A DNA stretch of 63,551 nt, counting the filler, from Atractiella rhizophila (taxonomy: Eukaryota), in the NCBI GenBank assembly GCA_021432655.1. It is 9 parts of 9 records of this genome, joined end to end, with 100 filler letters (N's around TTAATTAATTAA, not from the genome) between each part and the next. Parts side by side here need not be neighbours in the genome. Positions count along the whole stretch, not along the records: positions 1 to 7,248 come from MU272225.1; positions 7,349 to 14,595 come from MU272226.1; 7 more parts are not named here. One strand, written 5' to 3'. The notes beneath the pieces were generated by a model, which was not told where the DNA came from, did no database searches, and saw only the letters and a program-made list of their open reading frames with translations. Each line of letters starts with the position of its first letter. Positions within the stretch are counted from its first letter, which is position 1. This document shows positions 1 through 12,672 of this stretch, piece after piece. Position numbers and translations under genes: made by a program.

Positions 1-420
1 CAGGCCCCAATTGCCTGTTGAGTGGCAGATTTATCGCCGGTGGTGGAGAGGAGAGGAAAAGGAGCTCGAATCCGTCGATTGACTTGTTCCCGTGACGGAA
101 GAGTTGCCAATGACGGTGATCCATCTGCCCAAATCTTCTCCTTCAGTAACATTCGTAGGAGGCAATCCTGAGAAAGTGCGAGTGGAAGGATTGAAGGAGA
201 GCCAAGCCGGTAGATTGTGGGCTGAGTAAATCATGGAATTCGAGGCTGAAAGGTTAGCGGACGAGTAAGGGGCGAATGAGTCTGGGAGGATGGTAAAGGT
301 GTACGGGAATGAGGGGTGAACGAGTGGCGGGAGTTGATAGGAGAGTGGATGAAGGATCTCGAGCGCCGCCACCGTTATTATTGTCGTCGCAAAAAGTGTG
401 AAAGAAATTAGAAAGAGCAT
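1..420 (-). CDS. Axl2-like secreted/membrane protein with dystroglycan-type cadherin-like (He_PIG/CADG) repeats; N-terminal part, truncated at window edge
   Basis: Signal peptide MLFLISFTLFATTIITVAA, then YQLPPLVHPSFPYTFTILPDSF and LPAWLSFNPSTRTFSGLP, typical CADG motifs. Apparent frameshift near 70. Confidence 0.7.
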
Positions 421-649
421 CTTCTATCTCGCCAAACTCAGTCAGTGCTTTGACAAACATTTCCAAAAGGGAGGTAGGAGACGGAAGTCTGGGACATACG
501 GTATCTAGGAATACTGAAAGAAAGGTGGCAAAAGATTGTTGCGATTGTGCGAAAGAACGACTGAAGAGCGCTAGCACTGGCCGCTCTACCTAAAGCTCAA
601 GGAGGAGACCTATATATTGCGGTTGTCGAAACTGAATACCGAGCGAACT

Positions 650-3600
650 ACTGAGGGAAAATGGGGGAACTACCAAAGACATGAGAAAGGGGTGGTGGAG
701 CCTCGAGCACAATCACGTGGGAAGTAAACATCCTTGTCCGCAGTAGTGCCCAGTTATTGTGACCAAGCTCCCTGTTTGGGGTTTCCGCTTCGAACGGTGG
801 AATGGATCTTGGGATTGATGTGCATGGATTGTTATGGGAGACAGGTTCCTCGAAGAAATTGCAGTATGCGTGATCCAGACAACCTGAGGTGGGTCGGTTC
901 GCACTGCATCCATTCTCCTCAGGTTCCACCCAAAGCTCCCAACTTGAACATCATTGAATTTCACTATTTCAACGTTCTTTTTTAGCAAGCTGCTAATTGT
1001 CACCGGTCATGGTTCGACCTTCGACCCCGACCCAGAATCTTTAACATTGTTGCTGTAACAGCTCACTGGCCAGATGTTGAGAGGAGAAGTATTAAAGGAT
1101 TCTACCATTCCACTTTTGCCTTGATGCCTGTGTAAGAATTGAAGAGAGCTTGAGCAAGAAGAATCAAGAGACGCGGAGTTTACAGGTGAAAATGAAAGGA
1201 TTTTCTGCCCTCTACATTGATAGGGAACTGATACCGCAGAAGGGGGGACTGCGACGAATCATTCATTCAGTTTCTCGCCCCTTCGTTGGTACTTTGTGTA
1301 GCTTCAGTTCCTTTTCCAATTCCTTCTACACTGTGAGTCATGCAGCTGAACCCAACAACCGAACCGAACTCACTCCTCACTAACATGATGTTGACCATGA
1401 CCAAGACCCTGCAGACGTCGTCTATGGAAAAGGTTTCTACCCTGCCGTCGATGAGAACGCGGTAGCCACCATCGATCTCACCCTGAGACAATATGTGAGC
1501 CCTTGATGACAGGAACGAGGGGGCTGACCTGTAGGACCACGTTATTGACAGGTGTATCCATGTGAACTTCTTTTTACTGTAACTTGGGCCATAAGCTGTT
1601 GGGAGGGCGGAGGTTGCCTTTTTATATGCAGGATTATGGCGCGCCAGCTTTGTGGAGTTGATGATTGATAATTTAATTTTGTCTTTGCAGTGCCCACCTT
1701 GAAATCTCGCAAACTATGTTGCTCCTTCTCCAGAGATATATCGGTTGAAAGACAGATTTCCAGCAAGAGGAAGCAATTGTGCTGAGGCAATGTGGAGATG
1801 CTGGACGGGGACTAGGAGAAAGTTTGCAAGGGTCAAAGCCCTCTGAACGTCACCGCAGTTCCCAGTGGCCCATCATTCTTAGGATCGACTGTGGCTCGAA
1901 CTCGCTTCCAGTTCGTATTCTTACTCATGATGTGGCTCGGTTTCTTATTGCAGCTTCTCGTTTAAAGGAACTCTTCCAACGAAAGTTACAATAACCTGAT
2001 CAAGGGTTCAATCAGTCACCGTAATTTTAGACTCAGACCACAGAAGACTGAGTTATAGCTGAAGCTTGTTTCTCACCGTTGGCGCCCAATGGATGCCATG
2101 ACGTGTTCATGCAGAGTGCGCAAGGTACCATTGAGGAAGGACCTGTGTTCTGGCTGCATCCTCACTCTCTTTCCCCCTGAGATTCGGGCTTGATTTGAAC
2201 CTTGAGGGAATGAGGGAATGTTTGTAATCAACAGTGAAAGCCAAAATTTCATTAAAAGAACTGCTATGAAATTTCATTTGGGACTCGCGAGCTCGTCCGC
2301 TTCTGGACCTTCTTTAGGGATGCGTCGATGACCTGCCTTCATCAACAGGTTTTCGCTCGTTCTTTCTGTGTCTCTCGAAACACACGTGTCCAGAGTGGTG
2401 AACGTTTGAACTTCCACACCCCCGATCTGCACCCCACAATCAGGGACAAAAGAAGGTCTTTCCTGACATCCGTGTCGAAGTTTGCGGCGCAATTCTTCTT
2501 TGTCCAAGCTTTGGTTGGTTCCTTGCAATTTTGAGCTACAGTTTAGCTGCTTCCCATTCCTGCTCACAGTGGAGTCGAAAAATGCATGTATATACTCGGG
2601 CCAGACTCCAACGTCACCTGAACTGTAGGCACCATTCCCAGTGGGTCGTTATGCGATGCGATGTTTGTTCAATCACTGTGTGGTATTTTTTATGGGGTGG
2701 AGCAGTCAGACGGTCCAAGAAGGACCTCGATTTAGGTTTTCTTTCTCTTCCTTCAACGTCAACCTGTTGTCTTCACTATTTCGGTTTCTCTGCAGTTACT
2801 GGAAGTGCATTACGGTTTGCGCAATTGGTACAGCCTGATAAAATCGCTTGTTGCCCTTTCGAAACTGTTCAGTCTCAAGGTGCAACCCACCTTCCGGTCT
2901 TAATCGCTTCCAAAAATTATTACCAGGTTTGTGACGAATGCATATTGTATTCTACTTTGATATGGTTACGATTGATATGAGGCACTATTGGTAACGAATA
3001 CGAGAAATGGAATATGAAAGAACAAAAGATTGGTGAAAGGATGGTGAAAGGAAGTCTTTTTTTTTGGAAACTTGTTGAATAACACTTCCACATTCTCTAT
3101 TCCTGCGAGCATCTTGCATATCTTAGGCGGCTTTTACACTACATATGAGCGTGCTTCACGGAAAGGGAGTGCAGGAGCCCACGCGTCACGGTGCTGAGCA
3201 CATGAAGTATTTCTAGGATTTCTCCTAGGTCGAAAATCCTCACGATGCCATTGACGAGAATGGCGTAACCGCCGTCAACCTCCCCCTAAAGACAGAATGA
3301 GAGTGTACTCAGACAAGGAAAGCAGGAGATCACAAGCAAGACAATGTGAGGAGCAGGCGTGATCATGTCGATTTGTTTCCAAGCTTGATGGTAGGAGTGT
3401 GAAGTAGGCTGGAGAGAACTTGGATGAACTACCTGTTTTATAGCACGGCCTAATAAGGCAATGAAATAAACCAAATCTTTCGGCACCAATACTAATCTCC
3501 TTGATTGATCGAGGTACTTGGGAGGGGGGTGAGAGGAAGAACTTGAATTATAATTCATTTCACTCTGAAGGAAGATAGAGGAGGGGCGCTCCTTTCACTT

Positions 3601-5700
3601 TCAACTGCGGAGTAAATGCACTTCGCCTCTTCTAGCTAGATGGAAGCAGGGCACGTCCGCCTCTTCAGCTTCTTCATAACCAATGTCTGAACCACTGACA
3701 ACCTTTTTCAGCCCACACCCCGTAAACTTTATCGTTGGCTGACACCTCCTTCTAACTCGATACAGTTTTGGGCACTGTGCGACAGATGTACGAACCTTTA
3801 GCTTCAGGAACGATCGAAGGTACAAATTCTGCCGTGGCAGACGCGGGGAACCACGCACATCAATGTGCTTTTGCATGAATGTCAAGGTTGAGGTTAATCA
3901 GAGCCATGATATCCCAAAATCTTGCCATTTCCGCGCAAAGTTGAGATTCGGATTTCTGATGGGATCGCTCAGCTGTGGCTCGTGAACTTTAGAGGATCAA
4001 GGCGCAGTCCGTCACCTCAGCTCAGATTGGGCAGTGAAAGCTGCTTGGCTCAATCTATGTTATGTAAGAGCGCTACTAGTAGTCCTAGCAGTTCCTGACC
4101 GAAGAAGTGGTTCAGGATTTGTTTTATTCTTGAAGAATATTCAACGGTTTGTGGTCACGTGGCTTATAAACACAGTTCCGCAGTCAGACATTTTGGCGAC
4201 GAAGCGCGATGTTTGGACAATCTCAGGAACGGATTGGGGCATGGAGTAGCAGGGATACATGGTTGAGCGAATTACTCATAGTCAAGGGGTTCGACAGCGG
4301 TGGGTCGGTTCTGGTTGTCTTCATTATCCTTCCTTTTTCCCATCTCCTTCAGTCGGTTTGACCTTCACGATAGCTTCACAAAGTTGCTCGTTGCCATGAC
4401 AAACTATCCTGTGTCAATCAGAGAATTACCTCTATAATGTGTCGAAAAGTTATGTGACCTGCTTACTAGTTCGTCTCAGGGCGTCAAACTCGATGGATGT
4501 CCACACTGCGGTGGTTACGTTCGGAGAAGTCATTATCATGAAGTACTGATGACCATGAGGCATGGAATGGAGAAAGAGGAGTGGAGAAGGTTTGGGTAAG
4601 ATCGGTAACGAAGAAAATGTAAAGGAACGTGGACAGAGGATTGGAGAGAGCAGTAAGAACATAAGTTTAAAATTGAATGACGCTTCACATTCGGGTCCCT
4701 CCGTTACTGTGATCGTCTCGCACGCCGCCAGTAGCTTTCACATCACAAATGAGTGTGTTTCGCTGAAAGGGAAATGGGAGGTCACCCGTCATCGTGCTGA
4801 GGAGGTGCAGGATATCGAGGACTTCTTCTAAGGGAAAAATTTCCAAGGTGTTGTTGACGAGCATGGCGTAGGCACCATCTATCTCGCCCTAAGACAGAAT
4901 GGGAAACCTCTTTGATAGGTAAGTGGGAGCTCACGAGTAAGATAACTTGAGGGATGGGTGTATTCATCACGTTGTTTCTATCGTTGGTGGTAGCAGTTGT
5001 GAGATGTGGTACATAAACTGACCGAGGTTAAGGAAATTTTGCCGCAAATACTTGATCGGGGTTCATCTGAGGGAAGAAGACAAACTTGCAGGGTAATAAC
5101 TTGAGTAATTTTTAATGCTCTGTGATGCGAGATAGACGAAGGGGAATTCTTTTCAATTTTCAACTGCGGAGTTAATATACTTTCTCCTCGCAGTCGATAC
5201 GACGGGCGAGATGCACAAGGATGTTGACCTTTCAATTTTCTCCCACCTATTGATACCTTTTCAGCACCTAAATTTATCCGCCTGCCGACAGTTCTGTCAA
5301 GCTCTCCAGCCCATCAGCCCATCAATACAGTTTTCGGCGCTGGTGTCCTTTATTCAATGTGCTCATCAGTCTACCTGCTATGCGAGCTTCGAGGCAAATC
5401 TAGGAGAGGTCTGTTTGTGTGCACCTGCTGCAACATCTCAAGGCTCCCAACCATTCAAAAGGCCCCGGATGGCTCATATTCCCGCATTTATGGTTAATGT
5501 AGCAAGCTGGGAACGCTGTTGAAGGAGGTTGCTCGTCGACTTATGATGCATCTCGTCCATAACAGTAATGCGATTTGCAGGGGGCTCAAGATGAAGTTAA
5601 TCAGAACTGTGAATGTTCCACAAACCTTCTTGTTGCCATGCAAAGTTGAGATTCAGGTCTAGGTACGGGCAAACTTTCCCTTCCCCTGAGATGAGGCACA
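650..5700 (-). pseudogene. Three tandem degenerate paralogs (~1.6-1.8 kb units) of an unrecognised intron-containing gene
   Basis: Shared spliced motif M-x-TP-x3-[VI][VI]L-x | GE[IV]DG[GA]Y with a 46-48 nt GT-AG intron at the same position (1483-1528, 3286-3333, 4889-4934). Other blocks are shared at the DNA level but carry stops and frameshifts. Unit boundaries approximate. Confidence 0.6.
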
Positions 5701-6604
5701 CGAACATTTAAGGTCACTCATGATAAATCTTTTTCACCAATATGTTCTCTACTCCTTATTACCGGCGAACCAATCTTATTCGACCCCCCACAACTTCACA
5801 CTAACGCACCTCATGTTCAGCCCTTTAATATCCAATGAATGAAACAACAACAGATTGATGCGCAAGCTTTCGGAACATCCTAGTGTTAAAGTATGCCGCA
5901 GCTACTCCAGATTCCTTCAGGCCATTTCTTCTGTCGCGGGGCGGAACTGTTGGCGAGCTCGGATCTTATACCTGGATGAACTTCCCGCAGTTAGGAATGA
6001 TCGATGATTCCTCATATTTCGTGTATTACATATGTTTCTACCCCTTCTTCGGAGGTGCGAGCAAGCCATGCAGTTGGCCCTTGTTTTCCCACGGGTTCCT
6101 GCAACACCGCTGAACGTCTTTTCGTACCACTCATTCTGAGGCGCGCCAATTCTCTACTTTTTACCTCAATTTTACATCACTCAATGACCGCCCATGTCAG
6201 GCCTGTCAGGAATGATCTGACGAGAAAACTGTACATTTCAACTCGGACCAATTCAAGGACCATTGAGGCGATCTAACTTATGAAGGAGCAAATAAATAAC
6301 GAGTAAACCCTAAACGACCGGTGCAGTGTGGCCAGATGCACTCCGTCTCAGATCCTTACGCAGGTCTTCCCGAGCGAAAGTGGATGTCCATCCAAGAAGC
6401 TCCCGCTTGTGAACGTCTCCTAGTCTGGGGAGAACATTGACACAATAAGATACGCTACTCTCCGAGTCTTTGCAGCCCCAAATGTAGAACCTCGATGTCA
6501 AATTCTGGAGATTCGTTTGAAGTTTAATTTGAAGTCTCGCAAACATTCGGTGCCGCTGGAAGCGTACCGCCCCTTCAATTATTAAAAAACCAAGGTGGGA
6601 CATA

Positions 6605-7248
6605 ATGGCGGAACAGGGCCAGGTTCCTCTCGAGGAATCCAACATCTCACTCTTAGGTTCTCAAGTTCGTTGACACTCTGTCCTGGATATGAGCTGATAA
6701 ACAACATTGCACAGATAGATCACGAAGCCAAACTTGAGTCCGCAGAGACTGAGCTTGCATTTCAGCTCCCGGGAATTGGCAATGAAGGTTCGTTTTCCTG
6801 CATTCGACGAGAAGAAGTGTGCGTTTGAATGCGCGTGATCTCAGGCGGATTATGGATTTGGCGTGTCGAGAATTTCAAGCTTGCCCTCTGGCCCCAAGAA
6901 CGTTATGAATCCGGAGAGTTTTGTGAGGGCGACTCTTATGTGGTCCTGCAGGTTCATTCCTTCCCATCAATTCTCTGATCCGATTTAACTCAATGTTTAT
7001 GATAGAGCGAGAAAGTTGGGAAGAAAGACGGGAAGGAGATACTGAAACATGATATCTTCTTTTGGCTCGGCGTTGAAACAACGCAGGATGAAGCTGGTAC
7101 CGCGGCCTACAAGACTGTAGAGTTGGATGAATGTTTGTTGCCTCCTCTCATCACGGAACAGAAACTAAATCTATCTATGGGACGGACAAAGTGTTAGGAG
7201 GTGGACCGGTCCAACATCGCGAATTAGATAACTACGAATCCTCTGCCT
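6605..7248 (+). CDS. Gelsolin/severin/fragmin-family actin-severing protein, 5' part
   Basis: Spliced reading gives [12 protein letters not shown]...[12 protein letters not shown]...[27 protein letters not shown]...GGPVQHRE, a canonical gelsolin repeat 1. Truncated at contig end. Confidence 0.92.
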
Positions 7249-7348
7249 NNNNNNNNNNNNNNNNNNNNNNNNNNNNNNNNNNNNNNNNNNNNTTAATTAA
7301 TTAANNNNNNNNNNNNNNNNNNNNNNNNNNNNNNNNNNNNNNNNNNNN
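7249..7348. other. Artificial contig spacer (44N-TTAATTAATTAA-44N)
   Basis: Six-frame stop linker flanked by N runs; identical eight times in the window. Confidence 0.98.
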
Positions 7349-8415
7349 TGATCCTTGACCCATCCCATCCCATCTTTTCCTTTCTTTTTTCCATCCTCAT
7401 CACCTCCAAAAAGCCGATGCCACCATCCCTTCTTTCCTGCTTTCTCAAACGGAACAACCTTCCTCTCTCCTCCACCCTCTGCAGACTCTCGAGATGATTC
7501 TTCGACAGCCCATGGGCTTGCTTCGCTGCCTGGACGGCCCAACATCCGTAGGAAATGAGCCCATCGAGATTCACGCTCCCTCACAAAATCCGCCTCCAGA
7601 GACCCTCCGATCCAACTCCACTTCCACGCCTCCTTCAAACACCTCGTGTCTGCATCACTGTATATTCCTCCTTCCCGTGCGAGGATGAGGTACCTCCAAA
7701 AATCCGACATTTGAATATGGATCGACGAGAGGTTGGTCACTGTTTCGCGAATGAGAGGAGAGGCGTTGACGAGGGACGATTTAGTGATGCCGTCATCGTT
7801 GTAGAACGTCTGATTTAGAGCGTCCCCATGTTTCTTTCTCCAACTTCCCAAATGTAATGACCCGAATTTGAGCGACTTGGAATAAGATTTCGAAGTTTGC
7901 CACAAGCTGAGAGGGATGCGCATGTTCCCTTCATCTTGCGGTGGAGAGGAGGTGCCATAGGAAAGCCACCGCCGTGTTTCTGATTCTACAGAAGGCAAGT
8001 TCGCCCTTACGAACCCTAGCAGCTGATGCACGTAGTCCTCCCAACTCTCAGGCCCAACGTGAGCATAAGACCGTTCGGCGCGCTCCCCAAGTGGCGTGAG
8101 CTCCACTTTCCTATCCTTTTGTTTCGGTGGAACAGGCACTTCGAATGGCGGCAGCGGATCATGATCCGATAAGGAAGAGGAAGAAGGTATGGGTGAAGGA
8201 ATGGCGGAGACGGCTGAAGGGGAGGAACTGGTGGTGAAGCGTGGGATGAGGGAGGTATGTGTGTAGAGGAAGACGAGGAGGGAGAGTGCGAGAAGGGAGA
8301 GTAGGCGGGAGCGCGGACGGCGCACGACAAGGGGAGGGAGACTTGACGATTTCAAGTCTGGGGAAGTGATGGTTGGAGGGAGAAAAAGACCCATTTTTGT
8401 GCGTTCTACGCGCAT
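7349..8415 (-). CDS. Glycosyltransferase family 32 (Och1/Hoc1-like mannosyltransferase), type II membrane protein, 3' truncated
   Basis: N-terminal TM segment (LLSLLALSLLVFLY), IPLSLWQT, and SDFWRYLILAREGGIYSDADT with the DXD motif. Confidence 0.85.
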
Positions 8416-10017
8416 CAGATAAGGAGAATCAACGACTGACCGAAGCAGGAAACGAAAGCGAGTGTCTATTTGGCTGAGGAAAAGGTGAAACAGGAGGAAA
8501 AAGGGAACGCACCCTTTTATCCTGATTTTTGAGGTGCTGAGCAGCAGCCAGCAGCAATGACCGCAGTGTCTTTTACACCTTCGTCGCGTCTATAAATGTC
8601 GACTTTGATCGCTATTTCTGTCTCAAACCTCGTACCCTCCTTTTGCTACCCCAAATAAAACCTATTCACATAACAACTATTACAGTGTCCCGCGGAGCAC
8701 CAGGATTGGATAAGGACCTTCGTCGTTGTTCCTCTTTAGAAGTGCTGAATCCGGATCCGGGGTGTCGGATTGTAGACTCCGACTACTTGATTAAATGCAA
8801 TACTGTGTAATAGATTTTGTAGTGAGAGTAATATGGAGAAACGAAAGGAATGATCAGAATTGCTGGCAAGGGAAGAATGGGGAAAAGGCACGGAGCTTGC
8901 ACGGTACGGTTTTGATAGGTTCAGAGAGGGTTAGTCGGTGAGGATTCCTCAAACAATGTCAAAGTGACATTCAGTCGGCGTGTAAGGACGGTCAGGCAAT
9001 GAGTCCAACAAGCTGAGTCTCACTCTCTGCCTGTACATCTCAGTCTATCATATGTGATGTTGTCGAAGGCTTGGGTGATGACAGTCTTTGCTCGTTGCGG
9101 ACTGGCCATTCGAATGCTCAGACATTCAAGTTGTCTGTTATCAACGTTTATATGCCCGCATCGATAGGTTCTCGCGTCCTTTTGATGCGTACCGAGTCTT
9201 TTGACCTAGGTAACCAGCTTGACCGCTTGTTAGCTGGACGTACAACTTGAAGATGCCAACAAGTCTGGGTGAGGTCCATATGTTTCTTTCCGCTGGATGC
9301 CCTTATTAGTTGACGTGAGCCATGGCTCAGACCTTCCTGGATGTATCCACGGCCACGACAAGTCGACAATAATGGGTGGATAGTACATAACACAAGTGAA
9401 CTCCTGAGGATCCACATGTTCGCTAAAACTGTCTGGAAACAAACTTCAGTTCCTTCCTTCCTCCCTATCCCTGTCGCGTCAAATCTGTATCTCCCCTTTA
9501 CCTCTTCTGGTTGACGACATCCTCACGTCCGTCTAATGCAAATTGACAATTTGCTGGATGTCTATTTGCTGGAGAACAGGTCAATCGGCGCATTTCGCAA
9601 GACATAAATTGGTATATTGGTATGATAGAAGTCTCCAGAAATTTATCCAATGACAGACAGAGAGAAACAAAGCATTGGAGAAATGTGACAGCTTGTGAAA
9701 GACTACGGCGATACTAGACTCCCAATGACGTAATAAGCTCTCGCTCTTCAACCAACCAGCTCATTTATCTCATACTCGGCCACAGTCTTGCGTCGCAATT
9801 ACTTGCATTTTCGCTCTTAAAGTGCCATCTTTCACGTTCGAGCTGTCCCAATCGTCCGCCAATCTCGCCAAGAAGCGCATTCGATATCAATCCAGGCACT
9901 CTAATCCGGAACCGCTTTTGCAGCGCCGCGTCCCGTCCAACTTGTTTGGGGCGATAAAACGAGAGACCGCGTCCATAACAAACAAAACGCAAAAACTTTG
10001 ATCACAACATCCTCAAC

Positions 10018-12125
10018 ATGTGTACGTAGTCTTCTTGCTTGCGTTGGAGGAGGTGGTGGTGACGTCGCGTGGAACAGCGGACGACGAGAGACAGCCTTTG
10101 TTGCCCAATGGGAGTGGAGGCAGTAATGGGATTAGGAGCAGGAAGGGCAAGGTGAGTTCCAACATGCATTCTCTCGGCGAATACACCGAAGGCCCTGAGC
10201 ACCATCGCCGCCCATCGCTTCCTCTTGCAGTTCACGTCCTGGGTGCCAATGTGCTCCCGTTACGTAGCTTGCATAAAACGACCACCATCGCTGCACCATT
10301 GAAGTGGCAACGATATGAAAGTCTTTCACCTCCCTAGTGGGAAGAATTGGCTCATACAAAGAAGCTATCGAAGGAGATTGACAGATGGGAATGAGCATGG
10401 GAGAGCGAGCAGAAGAGGAACTGTGGATGTGAGTTGTGGGGATGGCTGCGCTCGAGCCTGTGATATCATGTTCTGCTTTGAGAGGTACCCCCTCCGTGCT
10501 GTTCACTAACTTGTCTCCTCATCTGCACAGGCCTCCAAATCCCCGACGCTGCCCCTCGTGCACTCATCCTCATCCCACCACACCCCAACAAACCTCGAGT
10601 CCATCAAGGCGCTCCTATTTGGCTCCTATTTCAACGTCCTCCTCGTCTTCGTTCCCCTCTCTTTCGTTTCTCACTTCGCAAGGTGGGGAAGCACCGCCGA
10701 CTTCCTAATCTCCTTCTGCGCCATCGTTCCTCTCGCCGGACTACTAGGAGAGGCCACTGAACAGGTCGCATTGAAACTCGGCCAGACTTTAGGAGGGTTA
10801 TTAAACGCTACATTCGGTGCCTCCTCCTCTCTCTACCTACATGAGGAGTCAGAAATTGAGAGTATGTCTAACACAGGTAATGCTGTCGAAGCGATCGTGG
10901 GCATCCTCGCCCTCGTCAAAGGAGAGCTCCGCATCGTCCAAACGTCCATGCTCGGCTCCATCCTCTCCAACCTCCTCCTCGTCCTCGGATGTTCCTTCTT
11001 CGCCGCCGGGTTCTACCTGCCCGAGTCCAACTTTCAAGTGACAGCCGCCCAAGCTTCGAGTTCACTGATGACCCTGGCATGCATCACGCTCATCATCCCC
11101 GCCGCTTATCATTCGAGTTCTCTCGAGAAGAGACTGAATGAGTATCTGCGCTTGGGAACGAATAAGACCGAGCCGGTCCACACTACCGCTTTGGTCCTTC
11201 AATCCTTGGGAACGTTGGGTGATCCAGGAAAGGACGAAATCGCGATCGAAGACCCTGTTACCCGTCAGGGACTGCTTGCGATCTCGAGGGGGACGGCGAT
11301 CATCCTCCTGATCATATACATTGTGTACCTTTGGTTCCAGTTGAAGACCCATGCGTACTTGTTTGAGGCACAGAAGAAGAAGGATGAGGATGGAGAGGAG
11401 ATTGAGGAGGAGGAAGAGGAGGCAAAGATGAACCCGGTCATGAGTATCGTGTCCCTGGTCGTTGTCACCGTCCTCACTAGCTTTTGTGCGGATTATCGTA
11501 TGTCCCACTTTCGCCGCCTTTGCTATGTTGAGAATATGTATTCGTACAGTTGTTGATTCCATCGACGAGTTCGCGAACAGCCATGGGATCCCTAAAGCCT
11601 TCATCGGGATAATCCTCATCCCCATCGTTGGTAACGTTCGTCTATTCATTTCCACCGACCAAACCAAACCCAGCTAATATGGATGACAACAGGCCGCAGA
11701 GCACCTTACATCGGTCTGGATGGCAATGAAAGACAAGATGGAGATCACGATTGGAGTTTCTGTCGGGAGCTCGATTCAGATTGCCGTGGGAGTCATTCCA
11801 TTCCTCGTCCTTGTCGGATGGGTAATCGGAAAAGATCTTACTGTGCGTTTTTCATTCATTCCTTCACTTCTTGCGAGTATTCCAAATGGATATTCATGCT
11901 GCTTTGGCGTGGTTAGCTCTATTTCGAAAACTTTGAAACAATCTGTCTCTTCATCTCCGTCATTCTCGTCAACCTGTTGGTTCAGGATGGGAAGAGCAAC
12001 TACGTTCGTCCTCTCTCTTCACTGACGCCGCACTATACTGATGTTCGCGGACCATCTGATAGATGGAAGGTGTCATGCTCATCTCTCTCTACGTCATCAT
12101 CGCACTTGCTTTCTGGGTCTCATAA
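10018..12125 (+). CDS. VCX1: Vacuolar Ca2+/H+ exchanger (CAX family), multi-exon; 5' exons uncertain
   Basis: GGLLNATFGNAVE alpha-1 repeat, SMLGSILSNLLLVLGCSFF, acidic linker, LIPIVGNAAEH alpha-2 repeat, GSSIQIA, DGKSNY. Confidence 0.93.
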
Positions 12126-12672
12126 ACACGTCAATCCTTAACCCTTTCTTCTCTTTAGCCCAACTGTACATAGGACATTCACCTAATCTTTGGGTCTGCG
12201 ACGCCTCAAAAGTATTAGAATCACCCCCTTCCGTCCTTGTTTCAGTCCATTCATTCAAGTTGCAAATTGTAGATCATTGGCGCTTCAGCTTTGATCGACT
12301 TGATTTGCGTTTCTGTCAAACGCCATTTGTTTAGTCTTTCAGTTTATGTTTGTGCTTGTAATTTGTACAACAGTATTTATGCTTGTGAATAACTGGTTTT
12401 TGTTCGGCGCGACTGTCTTTGTGCGAAGGAAGATAGCAGGTTTTGAGAGTTAACTATTAGGATCGAAAGCCGAGCCTTTACCCAGGTTTGCACCCATCCA
12501 AAATGTGGGAGGAGAGACATTCAAAGACTCGACGACTCAATAAGGATTTTGACAGAAGACACCTCCAGCATGAGATTTGAGCAGTTTTAATAGACGAGGG
12601 ACATTACATGTGAACTTGTTTGCTTAACGGTGTGATTACAGAACGAGAGAGGAGTTGAGATGCGGATAACCA

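Noticed and set aside
1000..1040. GGTTCGA as a tRNA T-loop
   Set aside because: No cloverleaf pairing around it.
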